Source: an uncultured Clostridium sp. (lineage in GTDB: Bacteria > Bacillota > Clostridia > UBA1381). From it: 32,961 bases of DNA. Below the pieces are notes generated by a model, which saw only the letters and a list, made by a program, of their open reading frames with translations, did not search any database and had not been told where the DNA came from. The translations under genes were made by a program, and so were the position numbers. Positions 1 through 9,440 of the stretch are shown here, in pieces. The stretch spans positions 27,070 through 60,030 of the forward strand of contig CAZWLT010000001.1 of the NCBI GenBank assembly GCA_964634915.1, written 5' to 3'. How positions within the stretch are numbered: position 1 is the stretch's first letter; each line of letters opens with the position of its first letter.

Positions 1-9
1 TATGATAAC

Positions 10-1860
10 TTAAATTATTCTTACTTTATAATCTCGCAAAAGATAATTCATCTGTAAAATATAACCTATAAACTGCGGCCCTGCCATAAGCTGACCGAAG
101 AACGGTTTCCCGTAGTCCGATGAACCGTTTAACAGTCCCTCAAGCTTTGTCTTGTCACACAGGGCAAGTATCGGTGAAGACGGGTCGGAGATTACACCGT
201 CAAGCAGTTCCTTTGCCGCCGCTTCATAGTGCGGATTATGCGTCTTTGGATACGGACTTTTACGTCTTAAACGCACATCCTCCGGAAGTATACCCTTTGC
301 CGCCTCACGCAATACATTCTTTGAAACATTGCCCTTATTTTTCATTTCCCACGGTATATTCCATACATATTCAACAAGACGGTGGTCACAAAACGGAACA
401 CGTACCTCCAGACCGCTTGCCATACTCATTCTGTCCTTACGGTCAAGCAGATTTGTCATAAACCAGTTTATATTCAGATAAGAAATTTCACGTCTGCGTT
501 TTTCCTCATCGTTGTCGCCGTCATACGCGGGTACTTCCGCGATACTCTCATCATACCTTATGCGTGAATATCCGTCAAGGTCAAGTGTTTCGCACACACT
601 TGGCAGCAGTATATTATTACGCAGCGACAAATCATAGCACCACGGAAATGCCGGTGTTTCAAATGCCTTTTTCTCGCGGAACCACGGATAGCCGCCGAAA
701 ATCTCATCAGAACATTCGCCTGAAAGCACAACAGTATGATTTTTTTTCACCTCGCGGCAGAAATAAAGAAGCGACGCGTCAACATCCGCCATACCCGGCA
801 AATCCTTCGCAAGCAGCGCTTCTTCAAGCAATTCGGTCAGCACATGATTCGGACACGTCAGATAAGTATGCTTTGTATTGAATTCCTCCGCCATTCTCGG
901 TACCCATTTGCTGTCGCTGTCAGGCTGAAAACGCGATGCCTTGAAATATTTACTGTTACCCTCATAATCAAACGAATATGTAGAAAGCTGTTCGCCCTTC
1001 TTTGCCATTTCAATGGCGCCTATTGCTGTTATAATGCTTGAATCAAGTCCGCCTGAAAGAAAAGCCGCAACAGGCACATCGGAAATCAGCTGTCTTTTCA
1101 CGGTATCATACACAAGCGAGCGTACCTTTGCGATGGTATCCTCATAGCTGTCCGTATGCGCATGACTTGAAAGCGACCAATATTTCTTTATTTTTACACC
1201 GTGACGATTAATAATCATATATCTTGCCGGACGAAGCTCCAGAATATCCTTGAACACACCCACACCCTGTGTCCTTGCCGGACTTAACGCGAACAATTCG
1301 CAAAGTCCCGTCTTATCAAGCACAGGTTCGACAGACGGATATTCAAACAGGGACTTCAGCTCGGATGCAAAAATAACTACATCGTCCTTCTGAGTATAGA
1401 AAAACGGTTTTACGCCGAACCGGTCACGGCACGCAAAAACTCTCTGCCGCATGGAATCCCATATAGCAAACGCGTATATGCCATTAAGCATTCCGACGCA
1501 TTTTTCACCGTAATGTATGTAAGCATACAAAAGCGCCTCCGTATCAGAGGTTGTTGTAAACTCGTATCCATAAGACTGTAAATCCTTCCTGAGTTCATCC
1601 GTATTGTACAGCTCCCCATTATAGGTAATCACAAACTCGTGTCCCTCAACAGTACGTTTCATTGGCTGCAAACCATTTTTAACATCTATAACCGCCAAAC
1701 GACTATGTGCAAACACTGCATGCTCACCAACCCATTCTCCCCATGAATCAGGGCCGCGATGACGTATTTTCTCTGCCATACGGTGAGCTATGTGTTTGTA
1801 TTCCCCCTCTTTTTTTATAAGGTTTGTCTTAAAATCAGTAAATCCGCATATTCCACACAT
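10..1860 (-). CDS. asnB: Asparagine synthetase, glutamine-hydrolysing (AsnB family, AsnO/YisO-like)
   Basis: Ntn amidotransferase N-terminus MCGI at ATG 1860 with GGAGG upstream; motifs HRGPD, YNGELYN, RDRFGVKP, LSGGLDSS, SGECSDEIFGGY, GLEVRVPF. Confidence 0.95.
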   Translation of the reverse strand: MCGICGFTDFKTNLIKKEGEYKHIAHRMAEKIRHRGPDSWGEWVGEHAVFAHSRLAVIDVKNGLQPMKRTVEGHEFVITYNGELYNTDELRKDLQSYGYEFTTTSDTEALLYAYIHYGEKCVGMLNGIYAFAIWDSMRQRVFACRDRFGVKPFFYTQKDDVVIFASELKSLFEYPSVEPVLDKTGLCELFALSPARTQGVGVFKDILELRPARYMIINRHGVKIKKYWSLSSHAHTDSYEDTIAKVRSLVYDTVKRQLISDVPVAAFLSGGLDSSIITAIGAIEMAKKGEQLSTYSFDYEGNSKYFKASRFQPDSDSKWVPRMAEEFNTKHTYLTCPNHVLTELLEEALLAKDLPGMADVDASLLYFCREVKKNHTVVLSGECSDEIFGGYPWFREKKAFETPAFPWCYDLSLRNNILLPSVCETLDLDGYSRIRYDESIAEVPAYDGDNDEEKRRREISYLNINWFMTNLLDRKDRMSMASGLEVRVPFCDHRLVEYVWNIPWEMKNKGNVSKNVLREAAKGILPEDVRLRRKSPYPKTHNPHYEAAAKELLDGVISDPSSPILALCDKTKLEGLLNGSSDYGKPFFGQLMAGPQFIGYILQMNYLLRDYKVRII

Positions 1861-1890
1861 ATATATAACCTCCCCGGACATTTTATGATG

Positions 1891-1920
1891 TATTATATGC
1901 AGACTGAGCCGCTCATGTGA
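1891..1920 (-). promoter_or_regulatory. Sporulation mother-cell (sigmaK-like) promoter for asnB
   Basis: Minus strand reads TCACA-N16-CATATAATA, matching the sigmaK consensus ACA-N16-CATAnnnTA. Confidence 0.6.
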
Positions 1921-1924
1921 AAAC

Positions 1925-2350
1925 TCATGTTTTTCTTTTGAGAAACAGACGGTTTGGCAGAGCGAATATGAGCACTATGCCTATTGCAATGGCAGCGGCA
2001 GTTTCTATTGTCACAATGCCTGTGCCGAGCGCGTCATTATACTTAGACGACAGCAGACTGAACACCGTATTATACATTCCCGCCCCCGGCACAAGCGGTA
2101 TTATCCCCGGCACAATATATACTGTCACAGGCATCTTTCTCAGATTCGCGAGGATACGTGAAAGCGCCGTAACCGCCGCCGCAGATATAAAGGCTGCAAG
2201 AGCAACACCGCCATCCATGTAAACAAGCTGATTTACTCCCTCCGCCGTTACACCCGCAATACCGCAGAATACAACTTCTTTTCTGTTCACATCGAATATA
2301 ACAGCAAGAGCAAGTGTGGCGACAAACGCATTAATCATTGAATTAATCAC
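1925..2350 (-). CDS. Threonine/serine exporter family protein, small subunit (ThrE_2/YjjB-like)
   Basis: 141-aa hydrophobic protein with PVTVYIVPGIIPLVPG; ATGA overlap with the upstream ThrE gene. Confidence 0.85.
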   Translation of the reverse strand: MINSMINAFVATLALAVIFDVNRKEVVFCGIAGVTAEGVNQLVYMDGGVALAAFISAAAVTALSRILANLRKMPVTVYIVPGIIPLVPGAGMYNTVFSLLSSKYNDALGTGIVTIETAAAIAIGIVLIFALPNRLFLKRKT

Positions 2351-3105
2351 ACCATCATACCTCCTGACATATATCCGAACATATACATCGCCATACCTGC
2401 TCCGGCGGCAAGAGCCACCGCGACAACTATTGCGTCAAACATTCTCGCGCCGCCTGAAATATAATCGCCGGCAATTATATCACGCAGCGCATTTGTTATT
2501 GCAAGACCCGGTACAAGCGGCATTATTGCGCCGGTTATCATAGCATTTATATTTGAGCCGAGTCCTGCCGCGTATAAAAGCACAGTGAATACCGCTATTA
2601 ATACTCCGCCGGTAAATGTAACAATGAAATCCGCCACGTGGTGTTTTTTTAATATCCATATAAGCACATTCAGCACTGCGCCGACTATAAACGAGTTAAG
2701 GCTGTCTGATATATCACCGCTTCTTAAAAGTGTGAAGAAGCTGCAGCAAAACGCAACTGCCGCTGTTTTGAGCCACAGCGGATATGGTGATTTATTTCTT
2801 ATATTTTTTAGACGCTCCCATGCCTCCTCAAAGCTGATTTTATCACCTACTATATCTCTTGACAGCATATTGATTTTGGACACCTTATCAAGATTTATAG
2901 AGCGTCTTCTGACGCGTACCGTAACAGTATATCTGCCTATGTTCACAAAAAAACCTGTAAGCACAACAAATATCTCACTGTGACCATTATAAAAATGCCC
3001 TATTATTCTTGACAACGTATCCTCAACGCGACTTGTTTCCGCGCCGCATTCCAGAAGTCCCTCGCCAACCTCTGACGAAAACGAAAGCAATTTTTCTATA
3101 TCCAC
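2347..3105 (-). CDS. Threonine/serine exporter family protein (ThrE/YjjP-like)
   Basis: LLECGAETSRVEDT and GAIMPLVPGLAITNALRD motifs; GTG start at 3105 preceded by GGAGGTG. Confidence 0.87.
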   Translation of the reverse strand: MDIEKLLSFSSEVGEGLLECGAETSRVEDTLSRIIGHFYNGHSEIFVVLTGFFVNIGRYTVTVRVRRRSINLDKVSKINMLSRDIVGDKISFEEAWERLKNIRNKSPYPLWLKTAAVAFCCSFFTLLRSGDISDSLNSFIVGAVLNVLIWILKKHHVADFIVTFTGGVLIAVFTVLLYAAGLGSNINAMITGAIMPLVPGLAITNALRDIIAGDYISGGARMFDAIVVAVALAAGAGMAMYMFGYMSGGMMV

Positions 3106-3148
3106 CGTTCTGCACCTCCATACATAAAGTATGCGCAGAAATTTCATC

Positions 3149-3193
3149 AAAAAAACAATAAGCACACAGACAATTTTGCCTGTATGCTTATCG
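3149..3193 (-). terminator. Intrinsic terminator after the MBOAT-DHHW operon
   Basis: Minus strand ATAAGCATACAGGCAA-AA-TTGTCTGTGTGCTTAT followed by TGTTTTTTT. Confidence 0.8.
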
Positions 3194-3196
3194 CTG

Positions 3197-4384
3197 TTAT
3201 TTGTATATATCCCTCATCATTTCACAGTATTCCTCAAAATTTGTTGTAAATATATAATTTGAGATAAGCATCTCGTCAGGAGAATATGTGTCAAGTATTG
3301 TCTGAAGGTGTCCCTTATATATTCTCGGGTCAATCATTATAACCCTGTAATAACTCTTTATGAGCCACGGAGTAAATACGTTTGAATATGAATCCTTCAT
3401 GACAACAATCGTCTTGCCGTCTGTTTTATCACTGTTCGTCATTTCAACAACAGGATGATCGCTTCCGAAGAAGAATAAATAATTCGCCTTTGTGCGGTCA
3501 TACATTGTACCGTTGTAATTCGTAAAATTACCATTTTCATCAACCTCATACATCGCGGTTTTTATATGATTATCGGGATCAATGTCATACCACTCTATCC
3601 GGTCGGGAACTTCCGCCATTTCCGGCTGGTCAACTCTGTCATAAAGATATCCCAGCACATTCTGTATTGTGTTCATCTCAAAATCATCTTTGTTTACAGG
3701 TTCGCCCCCTGCCGCTTTCATAAACTCACAGTACGCATAATACGCGCCAAGCGGTGTCCAGTGATGGTCTGTGCGGAAATATATATACTCGTCCGAATGT
3801 TCTTTCAGCGCGCCATATACGTCAATCGGCGTAACATTGCTGTCCAGCTTTTCATACATTGCTTCTATTGCGGCTTTCTGACTGTCCTGCAAATTCCTGT
3901 ATATCGATTCCTGAAATTCAAGCTGTGTCGGAATAATCATACTGTACAGCTTTACATTCTCCGGCAATTTTTCCGCATATTCATTAATGGTATCAGTATA
4001 TAACTTCTCCGCTTCGGGATTACGTATAAACATTTCCATAATGGCATTATCCAAAAGCAAAAGGGTCTGTTTCTGTGTTGTGCCCGTACCGATATCCTTA
4101 TTCGTGGAAATGATTTTGCCCGTATCCGATGTTATTCCCTTTATACTCTCAAACTGCTTGGAAAGCTGTGTAAAGAAAGACCTTGCCCCAATATTGTCAT
4201 CTACAAAGCTTTCAAAGCCGGATGCAAATTCACCTGAAAAAATAACATCACCCTCAAGCGGCGGAACGGTGGACATAACCCTGTTTTCCTTCTCCACGCT
4301 TTCCTTATCCGCCGGCATTGCAAGCACGACAATAAAAGCGGCTATCATAAGCGCAAACGCGCCGATTACCAATTTATCTTTCAT
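3197..4384 (-). CDS. DHHW-family membrane-anchored protein (AlgJ/AlgX-like extracytoplasmic O-acetyltransferase partner)
   Basis: N-terminal TM helix, ENR motif, YFRTDHHWT and KDSYSN motifs; directly follows the MBOAT gene. Confidence 0.85.
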   Translation of the reverse strand: MKDKLVIGAFALMIAAFIVVLAMPADKESVEKENRVMSTVPPLEGDVIFSGEFASGFESFVDDNIGARSFFTQLSKQFESIKGITSDTGKIISTNKDIGTGTTQKQTLLLLDNAIMEMFIRNPEAEKLYTDTINEYAEKLPENVKLYSMIIPTQLEFQESIYRNLQDSQKAAIEAMYEKLDSNVTPIDVYGALKEHSDEYIYFRTDHHWTPLGAYYAYCEFMKAAGGEPVNKDDFEMNTIQNVLGYLYDRVDQPEMAEVPDRIEWYDIDPDNHIKTAMYEVDENGNFTNYNGTMYDRTKANYLFFFGSDHPVVEMTNSDKTDGKTIVVMKDSYSNVFTPWLIKSYYRVIMIDPRIYKGHLQTILDTYSPDEMLISNYIFTTNFEEYCEMMRDIYK

Positions 4385-4395
4385 TCATGTCACCT

Positions 4396-5784
4396 CTAAA
4401 ATCTGAAATACAAAAACGGATTATATGTTTGTCCCACAAGCAGTATAAAGCATATGCCAAGTCCGGCAATCACCAGCAGCGGCTGCGTAATTGACGCAAA
4501 AATATTTGATTTCCTGCATACGTAGTTATATATAATCGCAGGTATCGGTGTTGACGCGGCAACACACGCAATAATAAGCCATAAATTAGCCCGGAACGTT
4601 GAAACAGCCGTAAGGTCATAAGCTGCTGTTCCGATACCAAACGCGCTTTTTATAAATGTACCCAACGCGTTTATATCCGTGAAATAGAATAATGCCCAGC
4701 CTATAACAACAAAAAACATCGTGTATATATAACAAAACGGCGCGGGGATTTTCTTCAGCTTTCCGCGGAACAGATTTTTTTCAATAAGCAGCATCAAGCC
4801 ATAGAACAGTCCCCAAAGCACAAAATTCCAGCTTGCGCCATGCCACAGTCCTGTCAGAAGCCATACAATTAATATATTGCGGATAGGTCTGTAGCGATTT
4901 CCGCCGAGCGGAATATATACATAATCGCGAAAGAATGACGAAAGAGAGATATGCCACCTTCTCCAAAACTCTGTTATATTACGCGATATATACGGATAAC
5001 GGAAATTCTCGCCAAAATGGAAGCCGAGCATGCGTCCCATACCGATAGCCATATCGCTGTATCCGGAAAAGTCAAAATATATCTGGAATGTATACATGAG
5101 TATTCCCAGCCACGATGACGCGGCCGTAAGACGGGTACTGTCAAGTATCATTGAGGCAACTGAACCGGCGCTGTTAGCAAGGATTACCTTCTTGCACATA
5201 CCGGCAGTAAACCGTTTTATGCCGTACGCGAAACCCTCCGATGTGACGCGTCTGTCCGTCAATTCCTTCGCGACGTCCGTATACCTTACAATCGGACCGG
5301 CAACAAGCTGCGGAAACATTGAAACGTACGCAAGAAAACCGAGAAATGATTTCTGTACCCTCGCCTGTCCGCGGTACATATCAATCGTATATGAAAGAGT
5401 CTGGAAGGTATAGAACGATATTCCGATAGGCAGCGCAAACTGCGGATTTGAAATCGACATATGAAAAATTGAATTTATATTATCTATAAAAAATCCCGAA
5501 TATTTGAATATACCAAGCAATCCGAGATTTATAACAAGCGAGGCGATAAGCGCGGCTTTCGCGGCGGGTTTTGCGTAAAACTTGTCAATTATCCGCCCGT
5601 TAATATAGTCCACAAGGGCGCTGAATATAAGCAAAATCACCCATACCGGTTCACCCCACGCGTAAAAGAAAAGGGATACAATAACAAGTATTATGTTTTT
5701 ATATGTAATGTTTTTTGACAGGTTATATGCAACAAGCACAACAGGCAGAAATATGCACATAAACATAAGACTTGAAAATACCAA
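4396..5784 (-). CDS. MBOAT family O-acyltransferase (AlgI/PatA/DltB-like)
   Basis: MVFSS start (TTG with GGAGG RBS); LPIGISFYTFQ, FPQLVAGPIVRY, YFDFSGYSDMAIG, FWRRWHISL, GLWHGA, NPFLYFRF. Confidence 0.95.
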   Translation of the reverse strand: MVFSSLMFMCIFLPVVLVAYNLSKNITYKNIILVIVSLFFYAWGEPVWVILLIFSALVDYINGRIIDKFYAKPAAKAALIASLVINLGLLGIFKYSGFFIDNINSIFHMSISNPQFALPIGISFYTFQTLSYTIDMYRGQARVQKSFLGFLAYVSMFPQLVAGPIVRYTDVAKELTDRRVTSEGFAYGIKRFTAGMCKKVILANSAGSVASMILDSTRLTAASSWLGILMYTFQIYFDFSGYSDMAIGMGRMLGFHFGENFRYPYISRNITEFWRRWHISLSSFFRDYVYIPLGGNRYRPIRNILIVWLLTGLWHGASWNFVLWGLFYGLMLLIEKNLFRGKLKKIPAPFCYIYTMFFVVIGWALFYFTDINALGTFIKSAFGIGTAAYDLTAVSTFRANLWLIIACVAASTPIPAIIYNYVCRKSNIFASITQPLLVIAGLGICFILLVGQTYNPFLYFRF

Positions 5785-5818
5785 AATATCCCCTCCTATA
5801 CGGTAGTCAATTACTTAC

Positions 5819-5847
5819 AGTATACCATACAAGAGAGGATATGTCAA
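5819..5847 (-). promoter_or_regulatory. SigmaA promoter of the MBOAT-DHHW operon
   Basis: Minus strand TTGACA-N17-TATACT with an extended -10 TG. Confidence 0.8.
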
Positions 5848-5863
5848 AACATCATATTGTCTT

Positions 5864-6973
5864 TTATTTGAATATTTCAGCGATTTTTGTCATTGTTGAG
5901 CTTATCTTAATACTCTGCGGACAGACACTTTCACACTTTCTGCACTTCCTGCACTTATCAGCGCCGTTTTTCAGCGCGGCATATATCTCCTTTGCCTTGC
6001 CCATGCCAAGCGAGGCAGTCGCGTTATAAGCCTCAAAGGTTTTCGGAATATCAAGTCCGAACGGGCATGGCATACAGTATGCGCATTTTGTGCACGGTAC
6101 AAGCGCCATTTTGTCAAATACTTCCTTTGTATGTAAAAGCATATCAAGATTTTTCTGTGTCAGCATGCCGACCTCCGCCTTATCCGCATAGCCTATATTT
6201 GCCTCAACCTGTTCCATTGCTCCCATACCGCTCAGAAGAACAGATACTTCTTCCCTGTTCCAGAGAAAATCCAATGCCCATTCAACAGGCATTTTTTCAT
6301 CCGATAATGTTTTTGCAACCTGCGGTGACGGATTTGCCAGCTTGCCGCCGAGAAGCGGCTCCATTATAATAACGTCAAGACCCTTTTTATGCGCGTATTC
6401 AAGACCTTCAACGCCTGCCTGATAGTTCAGATTTATATAATTGAACTGTATCTGGCAAAATTCCCATGCCGGATTTGCGTCAATAATTCTCTTAAAGGTT
6501 TCACAATCGTCATGGAAAGAAAAGCCTATATGCCGTATCTTGCCCGCCGCCTTTGCTTCATTCAGCTTATCTATAATACCATATTTCATAACGATATTAT
6601 CAAAGCGGTTCTTATCAAGCGCGTGCATAAGATAAAAATCAATATGGTCTGTCTGTAATCTTTCAAGCTGTTCATCAAGTAATCTGTCAAAATCTTCGCT
6701 GCTTTTTAAATGCCATGTCGGACACTTGGTTGCTATATTAATCTTATCCCTGTACGGTTTTAAGACCTCGCCGATAAAGCCTTCGCTTTTTTCGCCATGA
6801 TAAACATATGCCGTGTCAAAATAGTTCACACCGTTTTCCACCGCATATTTAAGCATGGGCGCCGACTTGCCAACGTCTATATCCTCGGCATTTTTAGATA
6901 CAGTCGGAAAACGCATACAGCCAAATCCAAGAACGGATACCCTCTCTCCCGCAAGTGTTCTGTATTTCATCAT
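5864..6973 (-). CDS. Aldo/keto reductase with C-terminal 4Fe-4S dicluster domain
   Basis: SVLGFGCMRFP, GVNYFDTAYVYH, IATK, IMEPLLGG; C-terminal CTKCAYCMPCP and CRKCRKCESVCP. Start at ATG 6973 or 6970. Confidence 0.92.
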   Translation of the reverse strand: MMKYRTLAGERVSVLGFGCMRFPTVSKNAEDIDVGKSAPMLKYAVENGVNYFDTAYVYHGEKSEGFIGEVLKPYRDKINIATKCPTWHLKSSEDFDRLLDEQLERLQTDHIDFYLMHALDKNRFDNIVMKYGIIDKLNEAKAAGKIRHIGFSFHDDCETFKRIIDANPAWEFCQIQFNYINLNYQAGVEGLEYAHKKGLDVIIMEPLLGGKLANPSPQVAKTLSDEKMPVEWALDFLWNREEVSVLLSGMGAMEQVEANIGYADKAEVGMLTQKNLDMLLHTKEVFDKMALVPCTKCAYCMPCPFGLDIPKTFEAYNATASLGMGKAKEIYAALKNGADKCRKCRKCESVCPQSIKISSTMTKIAEIFK

Positions 6974-6999
6974 ATCATTCCTTTCCGTATATTTACTTA

Positions 7000-7068
7000 A
7001 TTTTAACACAGAATTTATATATTTGCAATTTAATAATCATTGTTTTTGATAAATATTTATGGTATAAT
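7000..7068. promoter_or_regulatory. Back-to-back divergent sigmaA promoters
   Basis: Minus: TTGCAA(7023-7028)-N17-TAAAAT(7000-7005). Plus: TTGTTT(7040-7045)-N17-TATAAT(7063-7068). Both have the TG extension. Confidence 0.65.
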
Positions 7069-7098
7069 ATTGCCATTACATGAAAGGATGAATTTCTT

Positions 7099-9423
7099 AT
7101 GAAGAAAATTACGGTTACCGCGAAAAAAACAGCGTCTCTGAATGATTTTTACGGAATATTTTTTGAGGATATAAACCATGCCGCGGACGGCGGTCTGTAT
7201 GGTGAAATGGTACGCAACAGAGCATTTGAATTCTCACCGATGGATAATCCGTCATATCAGGCGCTTACCGCATGGAAAAAGATAGAACAGGGCGGCGCGT
7301 CGGTTTCGGAAAGCGTTTCAAACAAAACGCCGTTTTCACAGAATAATCCGAATTACCTTGTGCTTGAAATTACAGAACCGGGCGAGAGAGCCGGTATAAA
7401 AAACCTTGGCTATAACAGCGGTATCGCTTTGAATAAGGGCGCGGAATATAATTTCTCATGCTATGCGAAGGCTAAAACACCCTGTACTGTTATCATTTCA
7501 ATGGACGACGCGTACGGAAAACCGATTGTTGAAAGAAAACTTAACATCACATCGGACAGCTGGACGCTGTATAATTTTACATTCTCCTCAACCGTCACAG
7601 ACCACACAGCCGTTCTTGCGATAACATCACGCGAAAAATGCAAATTCTGTATGGATTTTGTTTCATTGTTTCCTGTGGATACATATAAAAACCGCAAAAA
7701 CGGTATGAGAAAAGATATTGCAAAAATGATTGAGGACCTCACACCGAAATTTATGCGTTTTCCGGGCGGCTGTCTTATCCATGACGGCACGCTTAACAGC
7801 AATGACCGTAATTCAATGTATCGCTGGAAGAATACTGTCGGCGACATAACAAACCGTCCGGCAAGACGCAGCAACTGGCGGTACAATCAGTCGCTCGGAC
7901 TTGGATATTTTGAATACTTCCGGTTCTGCGAGGATATCGGCGCAAAGCCGCTGCCTGTACTTCCCGCCGGATATAATCCGCATATGGAGCAGGCTGCTCC
8001 GATTGATGAAATGCAGGAATGGATAGATGACGCGCTTGACCTTATCGAATTTGCCAATGGCGGCACAGACACAAAATGGGGCAAATTAAGAGCCGATATG
8101 GGGCACAGTGAACCGTTTAATCTTGAATACCTCGCGATAGGTAATGAAGAAGTCGGTCAGGGTTTTCGGGACAGGTATGACTTGTTCCACAAGGCGCTGA
8201 AAGACAAATACCCCAAAATCAAACTGATTAATTCGGCAGGTCCGTTTCCGTCCGGCGGTGAATTTGAACGCGGCTGGGACAACGCGCGTAAAAACGGTTC
8301 TGACCTTGTTGACGAGCATTATTATACATCGCCGGAATGGATGCTCGCTAACTGCCACCGTTACGACAATTATCCGGAAAATCCGAAAGTATTTCTCGGA
8401 GAATACGCGTCATGGGGCAACACATACTACAACGCGCTTATTGAGGCGGCTTATATGACAAGCCTTGAAAACAACGCAAAATCAATCGGACTTGTATGCT
8501 ACGCGCCATTGCTTGCAAACACAGACTACGTAAACTGGCAGCCGGACATGATATGGTTTGATAATCACCGCGTTTACGGAAGCGCGAACTATTATGTTCA
8601 GAAAATGTTTATGAACAACACCGGAAACGATTTGCTTGAAACAAAAACAGAAGGTCTTGACAATTCTATAACGCTTGGCTCTGATATAATTTCAGGCAAT
8701 GTTGAAATTACGGCGGACAGATGCAGCGCGGATTTTTATGACATCTCAATAACAGATATGGAAAGCGGAGATGTGAAAAGGTTCGACAATGTTTCATTCA
8801 AAACGGCAGGGACGGCGGCGCTTGATTATATATCATCAAAGCATTACAAGATTGAATTCACGGCAAGACGCGGCGCCGGTGATACAGGCTTTAAGCTGAT
8901 ATTCGGAAAGACAGACGACAAGAACCTTATACAGTGGTTTATAGGCGGCTGGCAAAATCAGGATACCGAGGTCAACGCGCAGATTAACGGACGCGGCTCA
9001 TGCCTTGACCACAACATCTTCTCTGTTATGACAGGACAGGAATATAAGCTTTGTCTTGAAATTAACGGACGTGAAATAAAAACATATATAAACGGAAAAG
9101 AATCAAATAACGCCGTTGACAGACAGCCGATTATGGAGGAAATATACACAACGGCAAGCAGCGATGACAATAATATTTATATAAAGGCTGTAAATGTGCG
9201 TAAGACGGAATTAACGTCACAGGTATGCGTAGAACAGACAGACAAAATCATTGCCGAAATTATCACTCTCTCGGGAAATAAATCGGAAGATGTAAACGAT
9301 TTTGACAATCCGACAAGAATTATGCCAAAAACAATTCCTTTTTCATCAGATACTAATTCTTTTGAGTATAATTTCCCTCCGCAGAGTGTGACAGTATTTA
9401 TTATTAAAAAGGCAGTTCATTGA
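7099..9423 (+). CDS. Alpha-L-arabinofuranosidase, GH51 family, no signal peptide
   Basis: YGIFFEDINHAADGGLYGEMVRNRAFE, FMRFPGGC, AIGNE (acid/base), VDEHYY, FLGEY (nucleophile), YAPLL; AAAGGA RBS. Confidence 0.93.
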   Translation: MKKITVTAKKTASLNDFYGIFFEDINHAADGGLYGEMVRNRAFEFSPMDNPSYQALTAWKKIEQGGASVSESVSNKTPFSQNNPNYLVLEITEPGERAGIKNLGYNSGIALNKGAEYNFSCYAKAKTPCTVIISMDDAYGKPIVERKLNITSDSWTLYNFTFSSTVTDHTAVLAITSREKCKFCMDFVSLFPVDTYKNRKNGMRKDIAKMIEDLTPKFMRFPGGCLIHDGTLNSNDRNSMYRWKNTVGDITNRPARRSNWRYNQSLGLGYFEYFRFCEDIGAKPLPVLPAGYNPHMEQAAPIDEMQEWIDDALDLIEFANGGTDTKWGKLRADMGHSEPFNLEYLAIGNEEVGQGFRDRYDLFHKALKDKYPKIKLINSAGPFPSGGEFERGWDNARKNGSDLVDEHYYTSPEWMLANCHRYDNYPENPKVFLGEYASWGNTYYNALIEAAYMTSLENNAKSIGLVCYAPLLANTDYVNWQPDMIWFDNHRVYGSANYYVQKMFMNNTGNDLLETKTEGLDNSITLGSDIISGNVEITADRCSADFYDISITDMESGDVKRFDNVSFKTAGTAALDYISSKHYKIEFTARRGAGDTGFKLIFGKTDDKNLIQWFIGGWQNQDTEVNAQINGRGSCLDHNIFSVMTGQEYKLCLEINGREIKTYINGKESNNAVDRQPIMEEIYTTASSDDNNIYIKAVNVRKTELTSQVCVEQTDKIIAEIITLSGNKSEDVNDFDNPTRIMPKTIPFSSDTNSFEYNFPPQSVTVFIIKKAVH

Positions 9424-9436
9424 ATCTGCCTTTTTA
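9405..9436. terminator. Bidirectional intrinsic terminator between the GH51 gene and larC
   Basis: TAAAAAGGCAG-loop-CTGCCTTTTTA between convergent genes, overlapping the GH51 stop codon. Confidence 0.8.
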
Positions 9437-9440
9437 TATT

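Noticed and set aside
3120-3150. Sporulation-type -10 (CATACTTT) before thrE
   Set aside because: No matching -35 element at the right spacing; too weak to call.
3197-5784. dlt operon or a novel system
   Set aside because: No dltA, dltC or dltD; MBOAT plus DHHW pairs are a common AlgI/AlgJ-like arrangement in Clostridia.
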